This document shows positions 51,913 to 63,605 of a stretch of 64,000 nt of DNA, piece by piece (position 1 is the first letter of the stretch; the number at the start of each line of letters is the position of its first letter). The DNA is from Neoconidiobolus thromboides FSU 785 (taxonomy: Eukaryota > Fungi > Entomophthoromycota), in contig MU626304.1 of assembly GCA_025603075.1 (NCBI GenBank), positions 1 through 64,000 on the forward strand, written 5' to 3'. Position numbers and translations under genes: made by a program. Below the pieces are notes generated by a model. It was given only the letters and a program-made list of their open reading frames with translations, did no database searches and had not been told where the DNA came from.

Positions 51913-52089
51913 GTTATTGACAGTTTTGAAAAATTTAGTTAATTGAATTATTACTTTTTGAAATATAAAAGAAAAGGAACACAGTGAGATAAGGTGCTTT
52001 CTGCTCAAATCTACCAAAGTTATTACAAAATAGTGAAATTTTTAACATGTAAAAAAATTGCAAATTTATTTTGTAGCTCATAAATACTA

Positions 52090-52193
52090 ATATAAAGCTG
52101 TTTTTTAGTTTCATCATTTTTCTATTTTTTAAGCGTTATTTGAGCGGAAAAAGTGTTAGTAAAACTCTCAAATAATAAAATACATCCCCATAT
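52090..52193 (+). mobile_element. MITE copy 26, TSD ATAT
   Basis: Family core; left end decayed. Confidence 0.85.
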
Positions 52194-52706
52194 GTTTTAT
52201 CATTGTAAGGTCTATTGATGATGCTAATAATGTTTTATATATTTTGTTAGTTTATTTCACTAAATTTAATATAATTTTTTTAATGTCTATATTAACAACA
52301 GTATAAATATTATCAAAAAAATAGTTATTGCTATTAAATATGAATTAGGGTTTAAAATTATTAATTGTTAAAATCAATTTTAATACTAATTTAATAAAAT
52401 AAGGCATTTAGTAATATTGTTTTTTATTTAAAATATATAATTATTAAATCATTCTATTCTATTTTATTTATAACTTTTTATCACTATAAGTTTTAGAAAT
52501 CAAGCAACAGAACAAGAGAAATGAGTAATTTTCTTATAAAGGATCCGAGTTTAGAAAACAACAAGTTAAAACTCCCCATTTAATTTTTTTCATAATTTTT
52601 CCATGATCTAATTTTAACTGGAACCCAGCAAAAATTCAAGAATTTCCTACAATTCCATTTTTAACGGAACCCATCATATCTTTTTTAAATTTTATCAAAA
52701 AAAGCA

Positions 52707-53355
52707 ATGCCATATATACCACAGTCTCCATTGGCTCCTTCTGGGATGACGCACTCACCTAATATTTTAGGTCGTTTAACAGCTGAAAATTTAAAAGCTT
52801 CCGTTTCAAGGATACCTAATGTTTTAAGGTTAATTTTAAGATGCATTCAAGGTATTGCTTCATTGACTGCTTTCATTTTTAGTTTATCAGCTAATGCAGT
52901 AAGTCATAAAATTAAACGATAAATTTGATTTAATTTATTATTTTAATTAGAGAGGAGCCGATCTTGAAAACCCATATAAAGATTTGAGTAGTGTTAAATT
53001 TTTATATTTTACTTCAGCAGCTTCAGTAGCAACATCAATATTTTTTATTATTGACTATTATCGTAGAAGAATGCAATACAAAGTTAAAATAAAAAGAGTT
53101 TATTTAGTTGGGATAGATTCCGTTATAGTTGTATTTTGGTTATCGGATATTATATCTATTTTTACACAATTCCGTTGTGCTATTGGTACTTTAGATGGTT
53201 GGTAATATTCTATAACAAATCAATTTAAATTATATTTCTAATGTTATCTTAGGTGTGATCTTTTTAATACAAGTCTATTCTTCTCAATTCTGTCCATGTT
53301 AGTTTGTTTTATTTGTTTATGTTGGGATATCTTCGGTACCTGGTTTCAAAGCTAA
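52707..53355 (+). CDS. Four-TM MARVEL-like membrane protein, 3 exons
   Basis: LRLILRCIQ...TM1; FLYFTSAASV TM2; GIDSVIVVFWLSD TM3; C...W/CDLFNTSLFFS TM4. Confidence 0.7.
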
Positions 53356-53506
53356 TTAATGCTAAAATAAAATTGTATTATTATCTAAAAGGATATCAGT
53401 ATTAAATCAAAACAAATAAATACATAATAGTGAGGCGATAAAAAAAGAAAATGATAGAGTTAAATTATATAGTAATATATATTTCAAAAAGGAGATATAG
53501 AGCTTA

Positions 53507-54834
53507 TTAAAACTTATTTGAACTTCTAGCCAAAAGACGTATGTTTGTTAAAAATATTTGAAGGATAGAATAGTATTGATTGGGTAATCCTTTTAAATGT
53601 AATTTATACTCTTCAAATATTGGTTTTAAATCTATAATTTCCACTTCTAGTTCGTGACTAACTTTAGCTTTCTCCCATCCTTGTCCCCTATCTTGTGAGT
53701 GTGAATTCTATATTTATTTAATTTATTTAATTTGGAAAGAAAGATTCAAAAAAATATTACTTGAGATTTAACTTGTGTTAGATCAATTCGAAATAACTCA
53801 TGTCTATAAGAAAGGCGGTCTTTTTCACGCTCATGCTCAGGACTAGTCGTTGGTTTAGAAACTAATTAACTTAGTTATTTATGAGGCTAATAACAAATTG
53901 CAGTTTTACCTTTTTTTTCTTCATTAATAGACACACGAAAATCCATTCTAGTTTGTGGCGAAAATATATCAAGCTGATCTAACTTTACTTTTGTAATAAT
54001 ACCATTTTCAACGATCTGTTTATTTAAATAAAATTCATTATTATTATATTATAATATATTGTAATTACCTCATTTGTTTTAGTATTGATTGTAACTCGAA
54101 CTTTATTTCCATTTTTTTCATTATAAAAAACATCTTTTTCGTACAAATGTTCATAGTTAATTACTGTTCCTTTATAATCACTTGCTTTTGTTTTAAGTAA
54201 CTCTTTGTTTAAGAGTTGATTAAATTTTGAATGTTGATCCTTAATTATTGAGAATTAACTTTAAGTTCAACTATAACTATTTTAGTACTTACTATTGTCA
54301 TATCTGAAGCAAACCGATAAAATGGGGCATTAGCTAAAACTAAGCAAAATAATTATAGATGCATGTAATAAAAAATGATAAATATATATACCAGTCTCTG
54401 ATAAAACAGGTAAGTTGATTCTTTTACTTGTATTCTTATCAATAAGTATTCCTAACTTGGCTTCAATCTAATCATTTTTATTTGATTTGCTATTATTAAA
54501 CAAAACGTTTCCCTTACTTCAATATTAGGTCTTCCTAAATATCTACCAATAAAGTCGCCAATGATCCTAAGACTACAATCTAGTCCATGTTTATTAAAAT
54601 AACTAGGTTCGTAAACTCTTTTAACCAAAGCAGTGTTAATAGGCTAAAAAAAGGTAAATTAAGTGTAGCTAAAAAAATAATTACTTTTACTCTAGCTTCA
54701 ACTTTTTCTCTAGTATCAACTTTTTCTCTAGTATCAACTTTTTCTCTAGTATCAACTATATCCCTTGCTTCATTCCTTTCCTCTTCATATCGAATTCTTT
54801 TTTTGACGGTACCGTTTTCTGTCATTTGATCCAT
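53507..54834 (-). CDS. CET1: mRNA 5'-triphosphatase (capping enzyme beta subunit, CYTH/tunnel metalloenzyme), multi-exon
   Basis: Motif A NIE-IEAKLG, RINLPVLSET, KVRVT, DFRVSINEE, REKDRLSY, RIDLTQV and motif C HELEVE. Confidence 0.88.
54691..54756. repeat. 18-bp coding tandem repeat (VDTREK x3) in CET1 exon 1
   Basis: TCTAGTATCAACTTTTTC repeated. Confidence 0.9.
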
Positions 54835-55363
54835 TATTACTTGTATTATATTATTCTTTCAATTATTATAATGCTTATTGCTAATTTAAAAAAGAATTTT
54901 AGAGAAAATTTCAAGTTAAGCACTGCGTAGATGTTATTTACACATTTTTCATATAAAAATTATTTCATAAAATTTATTAAAAGCAAAGTTGACTAATTAA
55001 ATTATTGATATGATATTATATACTAACTTTGATATTATTTTTAATATAAACAGAACTATTTAATCTACTTTTGTAGATAAATAGCTACTTTATATATATA
55101 ATGGTCCTTAAATCATTAAATATGCTTGAGCTTTAAAGTTTTCATAATAAATTTTATCTTTAACTTATGTTTAACAAATAGTTGATTTTAGATATAATAC
55201 AGTCTTTCAATGAAAATAACTAAGTGTTTAATATCATTTAATATTTAAAAATATACAAGTAGTAAAAATATAAAAAACTGATTAAATTTTATTAATAAAA
55301 ATAAACATCAAAAGTGATAGTAATAAATTATTTTAAGTATGCATTAAAGTAACTAATAAACTT

Positions 55364-56532
55364 TTAATTTTCTAATTCACCATTATTCATCTCTGCTTCT
55401 TCTAATAAATTATTTAACATAGTCAAACTCTCTTTCTTTAAATTCTTTCCTTTTGCCCATTCAATAATGGTATTAATTGAGTTTATTATCATTTCTTTAT
55501 TATTATTACCATTTATTACTGTTTCACTTAAAGGTTGCTCATTATCATTACCTACTGCTGCTTCATCCAGGATTCGTTTATTATTATCATTTATTGTCAC
55601 TTCATCTAAAGGTCGTTTATTCCCATTGTTTGGTACTACTTCGCTCAAAGGATGCGTAATACTCCCTATAGCATTTTCCACTTCTTTATTATTATTAATC
55701 ATCACTTCGTTCACTATATTATTATTACTTGTGACCACATTTGACATTTCATTAAAGCTGTTATCAATACCATTTATTCCATTTAATAACTCACTATCAA
55801 TTGAGATTCCAGTAATATCAAAATCTTCCACATCAATAGAATTCAGTTTATTGCTATTATTGGTAAAGTCATTGATGATTACATATAAGCCATTCAAACT
55901 TTTGAGTAAGCTTTCATTACTCAACTCATTCCAACATTCATTTAACAACTCCTCTTTTTTTAAATTGTTATTATTATCTGCTAACCTAAGTTTGAAATTC
56001 TGTTTTAAAACAGAATTGATATCACTTTCATTGTCAATGTTAACAGGTAAGTAAAATAACAATATGTTTGAATTATAATAAATTAACTTTTGCCTTTTCC
56101 TTATTTTAAGTTTACTCTTAACTATTATTAATATCTTACTATTATCTTCTATTTTATTACTTGTTTGTTTAATGAATTCCTTTTCAACCCATTCTTTAAT
56201 TAACTCTTCTTTACTTTCTTCGATTTCTTTGGTTTTGGCCTTGCTATTATTACTAATGCTATCATTGTTATCATTGATGCTATTATCGTTGTTATTAGTA
56301 TTATTATCTTTATTATTTATATTGATAAAACTACTGTTATTAATGTCCGTGATATTGCTATCAATGGTAATGTTAGTTAGGATACTATCGTTATGATCAT
56401 TAACGTTGCTAAGAGTACCATTAAAAGTATTTGTACTATTATCATCATTAATAGTATTGTATATGATGCTATTAATTTTGTTGATTTCATCATTATCTAC
56501 ATTACCATCATTACTGCTATTCGCATTATTGA

Positions 56533-56565
<33 letters not shown>

Positions 56566-57220
56566 CGATATTGCCATTAGTAATATTGATATTTTTTGCC
56601 TCTTTTTTTAATTTAGTTGGCATGTTTTTCCTACTTAAACATAATTTGTGACTACCAGTTAAATTAACACAGGTTATAATTAAGTTATCATCATCAAAAA
56701 CATCTCTATAATCCTCATCTGAATATATGTATATATTTTCAATCATCAAATTAAGCTGCTTGAATTCTTCTCTATATTTACTTAACATCAACTTTAATGT
56801 TGTTTCATTATTGCTATTAATTGAAATCCCATTTCTTGCTTTAAATTTACCTAACCAACCGTCACTAGCTTTGAACGGAGTATCATACCCCATCTGTTTA
56901 TGAAACTCAATAGCTTTAGCTTGAATTTGCCAATTTTTAATTATACTTCCATTGTTAAGTTCACTTTGAATCCAAGCGACCAACTGATCTTCAATTTCGG
57001 TGAATAAACCAAACTGTACCGTTTTTTTATTGATGAAGCTTGAGTTTTTGGAAACAAACGATTCAATTTTTTCTTTTTTCTTTTTAATACGCGTTATAAT
57101 GCTCTTATCAATGTTAAACTCTAAACATAGTTGTTTCGCTTTTTCTCCATTTTCTATTCTTCTTAATATCTCCAACTTTGTCTCTATACTTATTGGTCTA
57201 CGTTTGCTTTTTTCACTCAT
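55364..57220 (-). CDS. CENP-B/pogo (Tc5) transposase-derived DNA-binding protein, intronless, probably domesticated
   Basis: HTH-psq-like RRPISIETKLEIL; HTH_Tnp_Tc5 EDQLVAWIQ...FKASDGWLGKFKARNGI; degenerate DDE_1 blocks interrupted by Asn-rich inserts; ATG at 57220. Confidence 0.85.
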
Positions 57221-57367
57221 TTTTGATTTTAAATTATAGAAATTAATTTTTTGATAAAATGTAGTTTTTATTTTTACTTCCACCAATTAAAAATTACTGC
57301 CCAAAATCAAAAATTATTCAATTTGAATTAAAATATTTTATTTGATTTTCAATAATATTTTCTAAAA

Positions 57368-58708
57368 ATGAGTGAAATTAAAAATGAGAATGAACAGTAC
57401 AAGACAGTAATAAACCAAATGAACACCTTGATAAATCAAGTGAATGATAAAGCTAATTCCACTTTCAACGAGTAAGTTCATAGTAATAATTCAAACACTA
57501 AACTTATAAATTTATAGACAAAGTCATAACGTTTTATTTGAAGGTGAAGGAATAAGTTTATTAGATATCAAGAATGGTAATTTAACTATGTGTCCCCATA
57601 ATTTATAACTAAAGGTGTTTTTAGAGTTGATACTAGATTATATAACTAACTTAGCTTTTTTTACTTTGTTAAAATTAAATGGAGAGCAAATTGATGAACA
57701 TCCATGTTTATTAAATTTAGTAAAAGCAAGAACTTATCTTGAAAAAATAAAGCCACTAGAACTGAAATTGAAATATCAAATCGACAAGTTAATAAGAGCT
57801 TTCACTTTGGGTACTGATAACGATCAAGAAGAAACGAACCTAGTTAAAGACCCATTGAAATATAAACCAAATCCAGAAAATTTAATTGCAGCAAAGGACA
57901 ATGATGAAGAAGATAAAGGTAAATTAATGTAACTACAATTATTTTAAAAATTCCTAATGATCAAATAGATAATGAAGATGGTGTATATAAAGCACCAAAG
58001 ATTGCACCCGTGCCATTTGATGATAGACCAAGTAAACTATCTTTTTATACTATTAAACTATAAACTAACGAATAAATTAGTGTCATCTAAAGCAGAGAGA
58101 GAACAAAATAGAATGAAAGAAAGGGCAGCTAGGTCTAGACTTATGCAAGATTTAGCTAATGACTTTGACGATAGACCAGAAGAACAGAAGATTATCGGAA
58201 GTTACATTGAAAAGGATTTGGATCCAGAATTAGCAGAAAGAGCTAATTATGAAGAAGAAAACTTTGTACGTTTACAAACGTCAAAGAAACATGAAAGAAA
58301 ATTAAAGAATTTGCAAAAAGGTTTAATCCAGAACGAATTATTGGTAATAATTTTTATGTACTATTTAGTATTAGTATTTATTATTATTAGGATTTAGACG
58401 ATTTTCACGGTGTTTCTTCTCTTCAAAAATTGGATGAGCAGAGTACATCAAATAATATCCTTAGTAGAATCAAGAACAAGCGCAATAATGAAGAAAACGA
58501 TGAATCAATGAACCAGGTAATACCATAGGTATTGGTATGATAAATTATCATTAATATTTTATTTTATTAGAAATTTCAAAACAATGTTGCTAGTGCAGAT
58601 AAAAGAACCAAACATTTATTCAATTCCCTTGATAACTCAGGTGCCTCAACTAAATTATCCAATTTTAAGAAAGCCAAAAAAGCTTTTAAGAAAAAAAATA
58701 GAAAATAA
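57368..58708 (+). CDS. LCP5: U3 snoRNP/SSU processome protein Lcp5 (neuroguidin; Sas10/Utp3/C1D family), multi-exon
   Basis: GISLLDIKN, LVKARTYLEKIKPLELKLKYQIDKL, YKPNPENL, GVYKAPKIAP and EERANYEEENFVRL. Confidence 0.92.
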
Positions 58709-58890
58709 TCTTAAACTCCCTTTTCCCCTTATCCAAATACTCTTTTTTATAGATTTTATAAACTTATTTAGTTATATTCTTTATCAGTTTTTTTTATTCT
58801 ATTAGTATAAAAGATAGTAAATACAATATAAAATTAAGTAAAAGAAATAATCAAATTTTATTAAAACACTTAAAATCAATCATCCTATTA

Positions 58891-60509
58891 TTATTTTTTA
58901 CCACTTTTCTTTTTCTTAAGTCTTTCTAATCTTTGTCTTTCTAGTTCTTCTTCCATTTCATCTTCTTCACGAGCAATACGAGCACTTTCAAGAATTATGT
59001 TAGTTATAAACAAAAATAAAATACTAAAATTTACCTTCTTGATTCTTCAGCTCTTAATCTTGAAGCAGAAACTTCCATATCATCATCTGAAAAATCATTC
59101 CTATATCTAATAACATTATAAGTATATAACTTAAATATCTATAATAAGGTTTACTTATTGCGATTATATCCAAAAAGAGAGCCAATAATGGAGGAGATAT
59201 TTTTCTTTGCATACTCTTCATCTAATAAGTCATCATCAATAAATCCTCTTCGAGTACCGCTTTTTTCACTATTCACTTTTCTTTTGCCTTCGCTACTGAC
59301 TACTCTTCTTGCACCTTCATTGTTCGTTACTTTGGGTCTTAGTTCATTATTCATTATCTTGGGTCTTATTTCATTATTAACTACCCTTGATCTTATTTCA
59401 TTACCTATTATTTTTGATCTTACTACATTTTCATTCTGGTTTATTGAGCTCTTCTTTTTAATTACTGTAGTAGTGCTTGAAGTCGCTCTTTTCCTTTCAT
59501 TTATTTCAAAATTATTCCTACTTTGACTAATATTATTGCTGCTACTACCCGATTTGGACTTTGTATTGAGAGTCGGCATCTCATTGTCAATTGGTCCTAA
59601 TTTAGCAAATCGACTCCCAGTAAGTACACATGTTTTCTTTTTAGCAATTATATTGGTATTTGAGTTATCGTTAGACTTTGTAATTCTTTTGGGCCCATTC
59701 GCGATAGGGCTTGGTCTACTACTATTCATCTTTGTTGGTGCAAATTGAGGTGGTATAGAACGAATGGGATTGGGAGCTAAAAAGATAAATATGAACAAAA
59801 ACATTTGCTATTTAATAAAAGTATTACTCTTCCTTTTAATGACATCTCTTCTAATCTAAAGTTAAGGTTAAAATTTAATTCATACTATGTTTAAAGAAAT
59901 TACATTATCATTAGTTATACTACTCTTTTTTTTTACTCTCATACTATTTGGTGAATCTAGCTCCGTTTGTTTAGTTGGCATAGTTGGTGGCTTTGGCTTG
60001 TTATTTTCCTCAGCATATTTCAATATCTCTTCATATGTCATTAAATGGGGTGGCTAGATTAAAAAAGCATAAATATTAAATTATTAATAAGTACAAAAAA
60101 TATTTACCTTTTCACCATTACCATAATTACGTTGTCCTTGGCCTTTAGCTTTATTTTGGTTTTCATTTTTAGAAGAACTACCACCATTAATCTTTTCTTT
60201 TTCCTCAACTTTAATTTTCTGATCATTATTTCTAGGAATCGGAGTTGGCTTTTTTGTACCCATTTGAGGCTCCACCCTCGCCTTCATTGCCATTTCCATC
60301 ATCTTTTGCTGCCTAAATTTTGAAATCTCTTCCTGCTTTTCTTTTTCTCTTTTTAGCCGTGCTTCATGTAACTCTCTTTTCTTTTTCTTTTCTTGAATTA
60401 GCCTTTGTGCCTCCCGGCTATTCTCTTCAGCCAACTTTAACAACTCGTCATACTAGATCTGAAATTAATACATATTTCCAAATAACTTATATTTTATTAC
60501 TGATGACAT
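58891..60509 (-). CDS. SPT2: SPT2 chromatin protein (histone chaperone), multi-exon
   Basis: MSS|YDELLKLA N-terminus; C-terminal ISSIIGSLFGYNRNKY...DDMEVSASRLRAEESRSARIAREED. Confidence 0.85.
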
Positions 60510-61520
60510 TATATTTTTTTAACAAACAAAACTATGATCAGTTTTTACCTTTTTATAGATGCGCTTGAAGCATCACAAAGAAGCATCATTGATTGGTCAT
60601 TATCTTTATTTTTGAGCCAATGAATTATAGCCATATTTGAGGATCAAAATTATGGGGTAAATTACTATATTTAGTTTAACTATTGATTAAAAAAACTACA
60701 TTGAGAATTAACAGTATGTTCTAAAGTTAAGCTAAAATATCAAATCTAAATGTACATCCTTGTCAGTATCTAAAAATCAGAAAAGCAGATTTATCCATCT
60801 AATACGCTTTCTATGATAATAAGTCTTTTCATTTCTTTTGTTCATAAAAAATATTTAATAATTGATTAGTTTCTTTAAGTTTTTTAAAAGTTGAATTTTA
60901 TAAATTGGGATTTTTTAGGCAAATTAGAAGAAAAATATAATAAAATTTACTTTAAATAATCAATACTATATTTTTTATTTAATCACCTTTAGTTGTTAAA
61001 GAGAGAATCCTTACTATTGGCCATGTTTCTACTTTTTGACATTTTCAATTAGAGATTATTAGTCATTCAATACAAGTACATTTCTAAACTAGAAACTTCT
61101 CAAAGTCAATGTAAAAGCTTTGATTACAATCACAAATACTAAATAAAATAATACTTTCATATCAGAAATTGACTATATTAAATTAAATATACATACAATA
61201 AACAATCTCATTTTATAAAAAGCAACATAGTATTTTAAAGTTTTTAAGTATATTTTTTAATATTTACAATTAATTATTTGGGGTATTTTTATACAAAAAT
61301 AATTCACTTAGTGTTTTTGAGTTCATGTACAATTGTGGTATAATATTCCAATTTTAATAATAATCTGATAAAGATAAGCAATTTAGAGAAAAATAGTTGA
61401 TTGAATAACATCAATAATTCTATGATTAAAAAACTCAATAGCAAATATTAATACAAAGTGCAAAAGTACAAAAGTACAAAAGTATAAAAGATAAACGAAA
61501 TAAAATACTTTCACTGAAAA

Positions 61521-62849
61521 ATGGAATTAAAATTAGAGTATCTACCTTTAGTTGTATTAGATGAAATTTTTAAGTTAGTATCTCCAAAAGAATTGTTTAA
61601 GTTACGCTTTTTAAATAAATATTTATTTAATACTATAAATGATACTATTAAATATAATTTGACTTATTCAATATATAGTCATTATGAAATTAAGGAGTAT
61701 AATAAATGTCAGGAGGATTTTATTAAAAAAAATGGACTAATGATGAGGCATTTGAGTATAAATGATAACAATGTGGAATATTTGAATTATTGTCCTAACA
61801 TCTTAACTCTAAGCTATAGCAATAATATACGAAAATTTAACAACAGTATTGTCGATAAATCAAACAATAAGATGGACGTCAACCTGGTGAAATTAAGGAA
61901 GATTATTATTAATACATCAAGTAATGATGACTGCTGTCAACTATTTGAACAATTTAAGGCCTCCTTATACCAACTTGAAATGATTGAAATCAACAGCTAT
62001 TGTGGAGATTTAGAAAATATAATTAAATATTTAAATCCTAATAAATTAAAGATATTTAAATTGTACTCTGATGATTATTTAAATATTAATGGATTGGCTA
62101 CAATCAAAACTAAATTCTACAACCTAAAGGTGCTACATTTGAAGTTTAATAGACATATTATTACACCGAAGGAGTATAGATACAATATAAATTTTAGCTC
62201 AAATTTGGAATTAATAGTTGAAGGTGACTTTTATTTGAATTTCAACATCAATTGTCTTGGAAGTCTAAGTAACTTAAAAAGCGTGAAACTAATAGATACT
62301 TCCGGTTCTTTATTTAATGCAGATAGCAATGATATAAAATCAATTGAAAGTGGCAATATAATCAGTCTAGGCTATCTTGATATAGTCAATTCAATCAAAT
62401 ATCATTTAGTCAATTTACCAACATTAAGAGAAGTATATTTTAATGAGTTAACAATGGAAAAGCTAAAATTAATTTCTATGCTATCTAACATTGAAGTTAT
62501 TCATATCAATTATTTAAACTTTGATAGCAAGAGCATTATTCAAATCCCTAGCTCAAGCAGTAGTGATAATCGTAAAACAGAGTCTCGATTATATAAATGT
62601 AACTTCATAAAACAAATTACAATTGATTTTTACCATCCTTCATATGAGCAGTTTATTTCTTTTTTGCTTTTATTTCCAAAACTTAACGCAGTTAAAATTA
62701 ATAATTTTGATTTAATAGCTAAACACAAAACTATTGATTTTAAACTAAATACCCCTTTGTTACTTACCACTCCTGCCATATCTTATACCAATATAAGCGC
62801 TTTCAATGAATTGGCTAATACTCCAATGCTAAATTGGATTAGAATATAA
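61521..62849 (+). CDS. F-box-like N-terminus plus degenerate leucine-rich repeats, intronless
   Basis: LPLVVLDEIFKLVSPKELFKLRFLNKYL; repeated NLKVLHL / NLKSVKL / TLREVYF units. Confidence 0.7.
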   Translation: MELKLEYLPLVVLDEIFKLVSPKELFKLRFLNKYLFNTINDTIKYNLTYSIYSHYEIKEYNKCQEDFIKKNGLMMRHLSINDNNVEYLNYCPNILTLSYSNNIRKFNNSIVDKSNNKMDVNLVKLRKIIINTSSNDDCCQLFEQFKASLYQLEMIEINSYCGDLENIIKYLNPNKLKIFKLYSDDYLNINGLATIKTKFYNLKVLHLKFNRHIITPKEYRYNINFSSNLELIVEGDFYLNFNINCLGSLSNLKSVKLIDTSGSLFNADSNDIKSIESGNIISLGYLDIVNSIKYHLVNLPTLREVYFNELTMEKLKLISMLSNIEVIHINYLNFDSKSIIQIPSSSSSDNRKTESRLYKCNFIKQITIDFYHPSYEQFISFLLLFPKLNAVKINNFDLIAKHKTIDFKLNTPLLLTTPAISYTNISAFNELANTPMLNWIRI

Positions 62850-63078
62850 TGATTTGATATTCGAATTATATAGCAGTATCAATGATATCAAAAGCTTTCT
62901 TAACGGCTGATATATATGTCCTTGTTTGTACTATTGCTTAAATAAGCCCTCAATTCATTGGTAGCTATTAATACCATCATCTACTTTTTACATTTCAATT
63001 TTGTTTATTTGTGAAATTTACTTCATTCACAATAAAAAACTGCTAATTTATGTAAATTATCATTAAATTAAATAAAAG

Positions 63079-63183
63079 ATTTGGGGGTGTTTTTTTTGGC
63101 TTCATTACTTTTTCTATCTTTTAAGTGTTATTTAAATGGAAAAACTATCACTGAAATTCTTACATAAAAATACATCCCCATTT
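63079..63183 (+). mobile_element. MITE copy 27, TSD ATTT/ATTT
   Basis: Family core. Confidence 0.9.
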
Positions 63184-63498
63184 ATTAAGTACAAAATTTA
63201 AAAATAAGATAAAAAGGTATTTTAGTTCAAAATTTTATTGAAGACCAATACTTAATCATAAAGAATGAGTCTTTTGTTTTATTTTTTATTTCATATTGTC
63301 ATTAAAATATTTATAGAATCTGGTCGAGCTAGCTTGTTTTAAAAAAATAAAGACTCAAAAATAATCACAAATGTTTCTAAAAATGGTATATTAGAAAATA
63401 TGTTCACTATATATAACGCTAAAGTTCAACATTATATTAAAAAATTGTTATAACTAAAACATTGTTTTTATAGCGTATTTATCAATAATCTATTTAAT

Positions 63499-63605
63499 AT
63501 ATGGGGATGTTTTTTTTGACTTCATTATTTTTTCCATCTTTTAAGCACTATTTGAATGGAAAATTTGTTAGTAAAATTCTCAAATACAAAAATACATCTC
63601 CATAT
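63499..63605 (+). mobile_element. MITE copy 28, TSD ATAT
   Basis: Near-consensus. Confidence 0.95.

Noticed and set aside
55364-57220. CENP-B/pogo-like protein as the transposase that mobilises the MITE
   Set aside because: pogo elements duplicate TA, but the MITE has 4-bp AWWT TSDs, and this protein's catalytic domain is degenerate
55467-57239. Plus-strand hydrophobic ORFs opposite the CENP-B-like gene (similarly 11929, 48455, 59158, 60132)
   Set aside because: Antisense shadows of Asn/Lys-rich real genes
663-63605. The ~100-bp repeats as a CRISPR array or tRNA-derived SINE
   Set aside because: They are dispersed in both orientations, have TIRs and TSDs, have no regular spacers and lack A/B boxes; the context is eukaryotic
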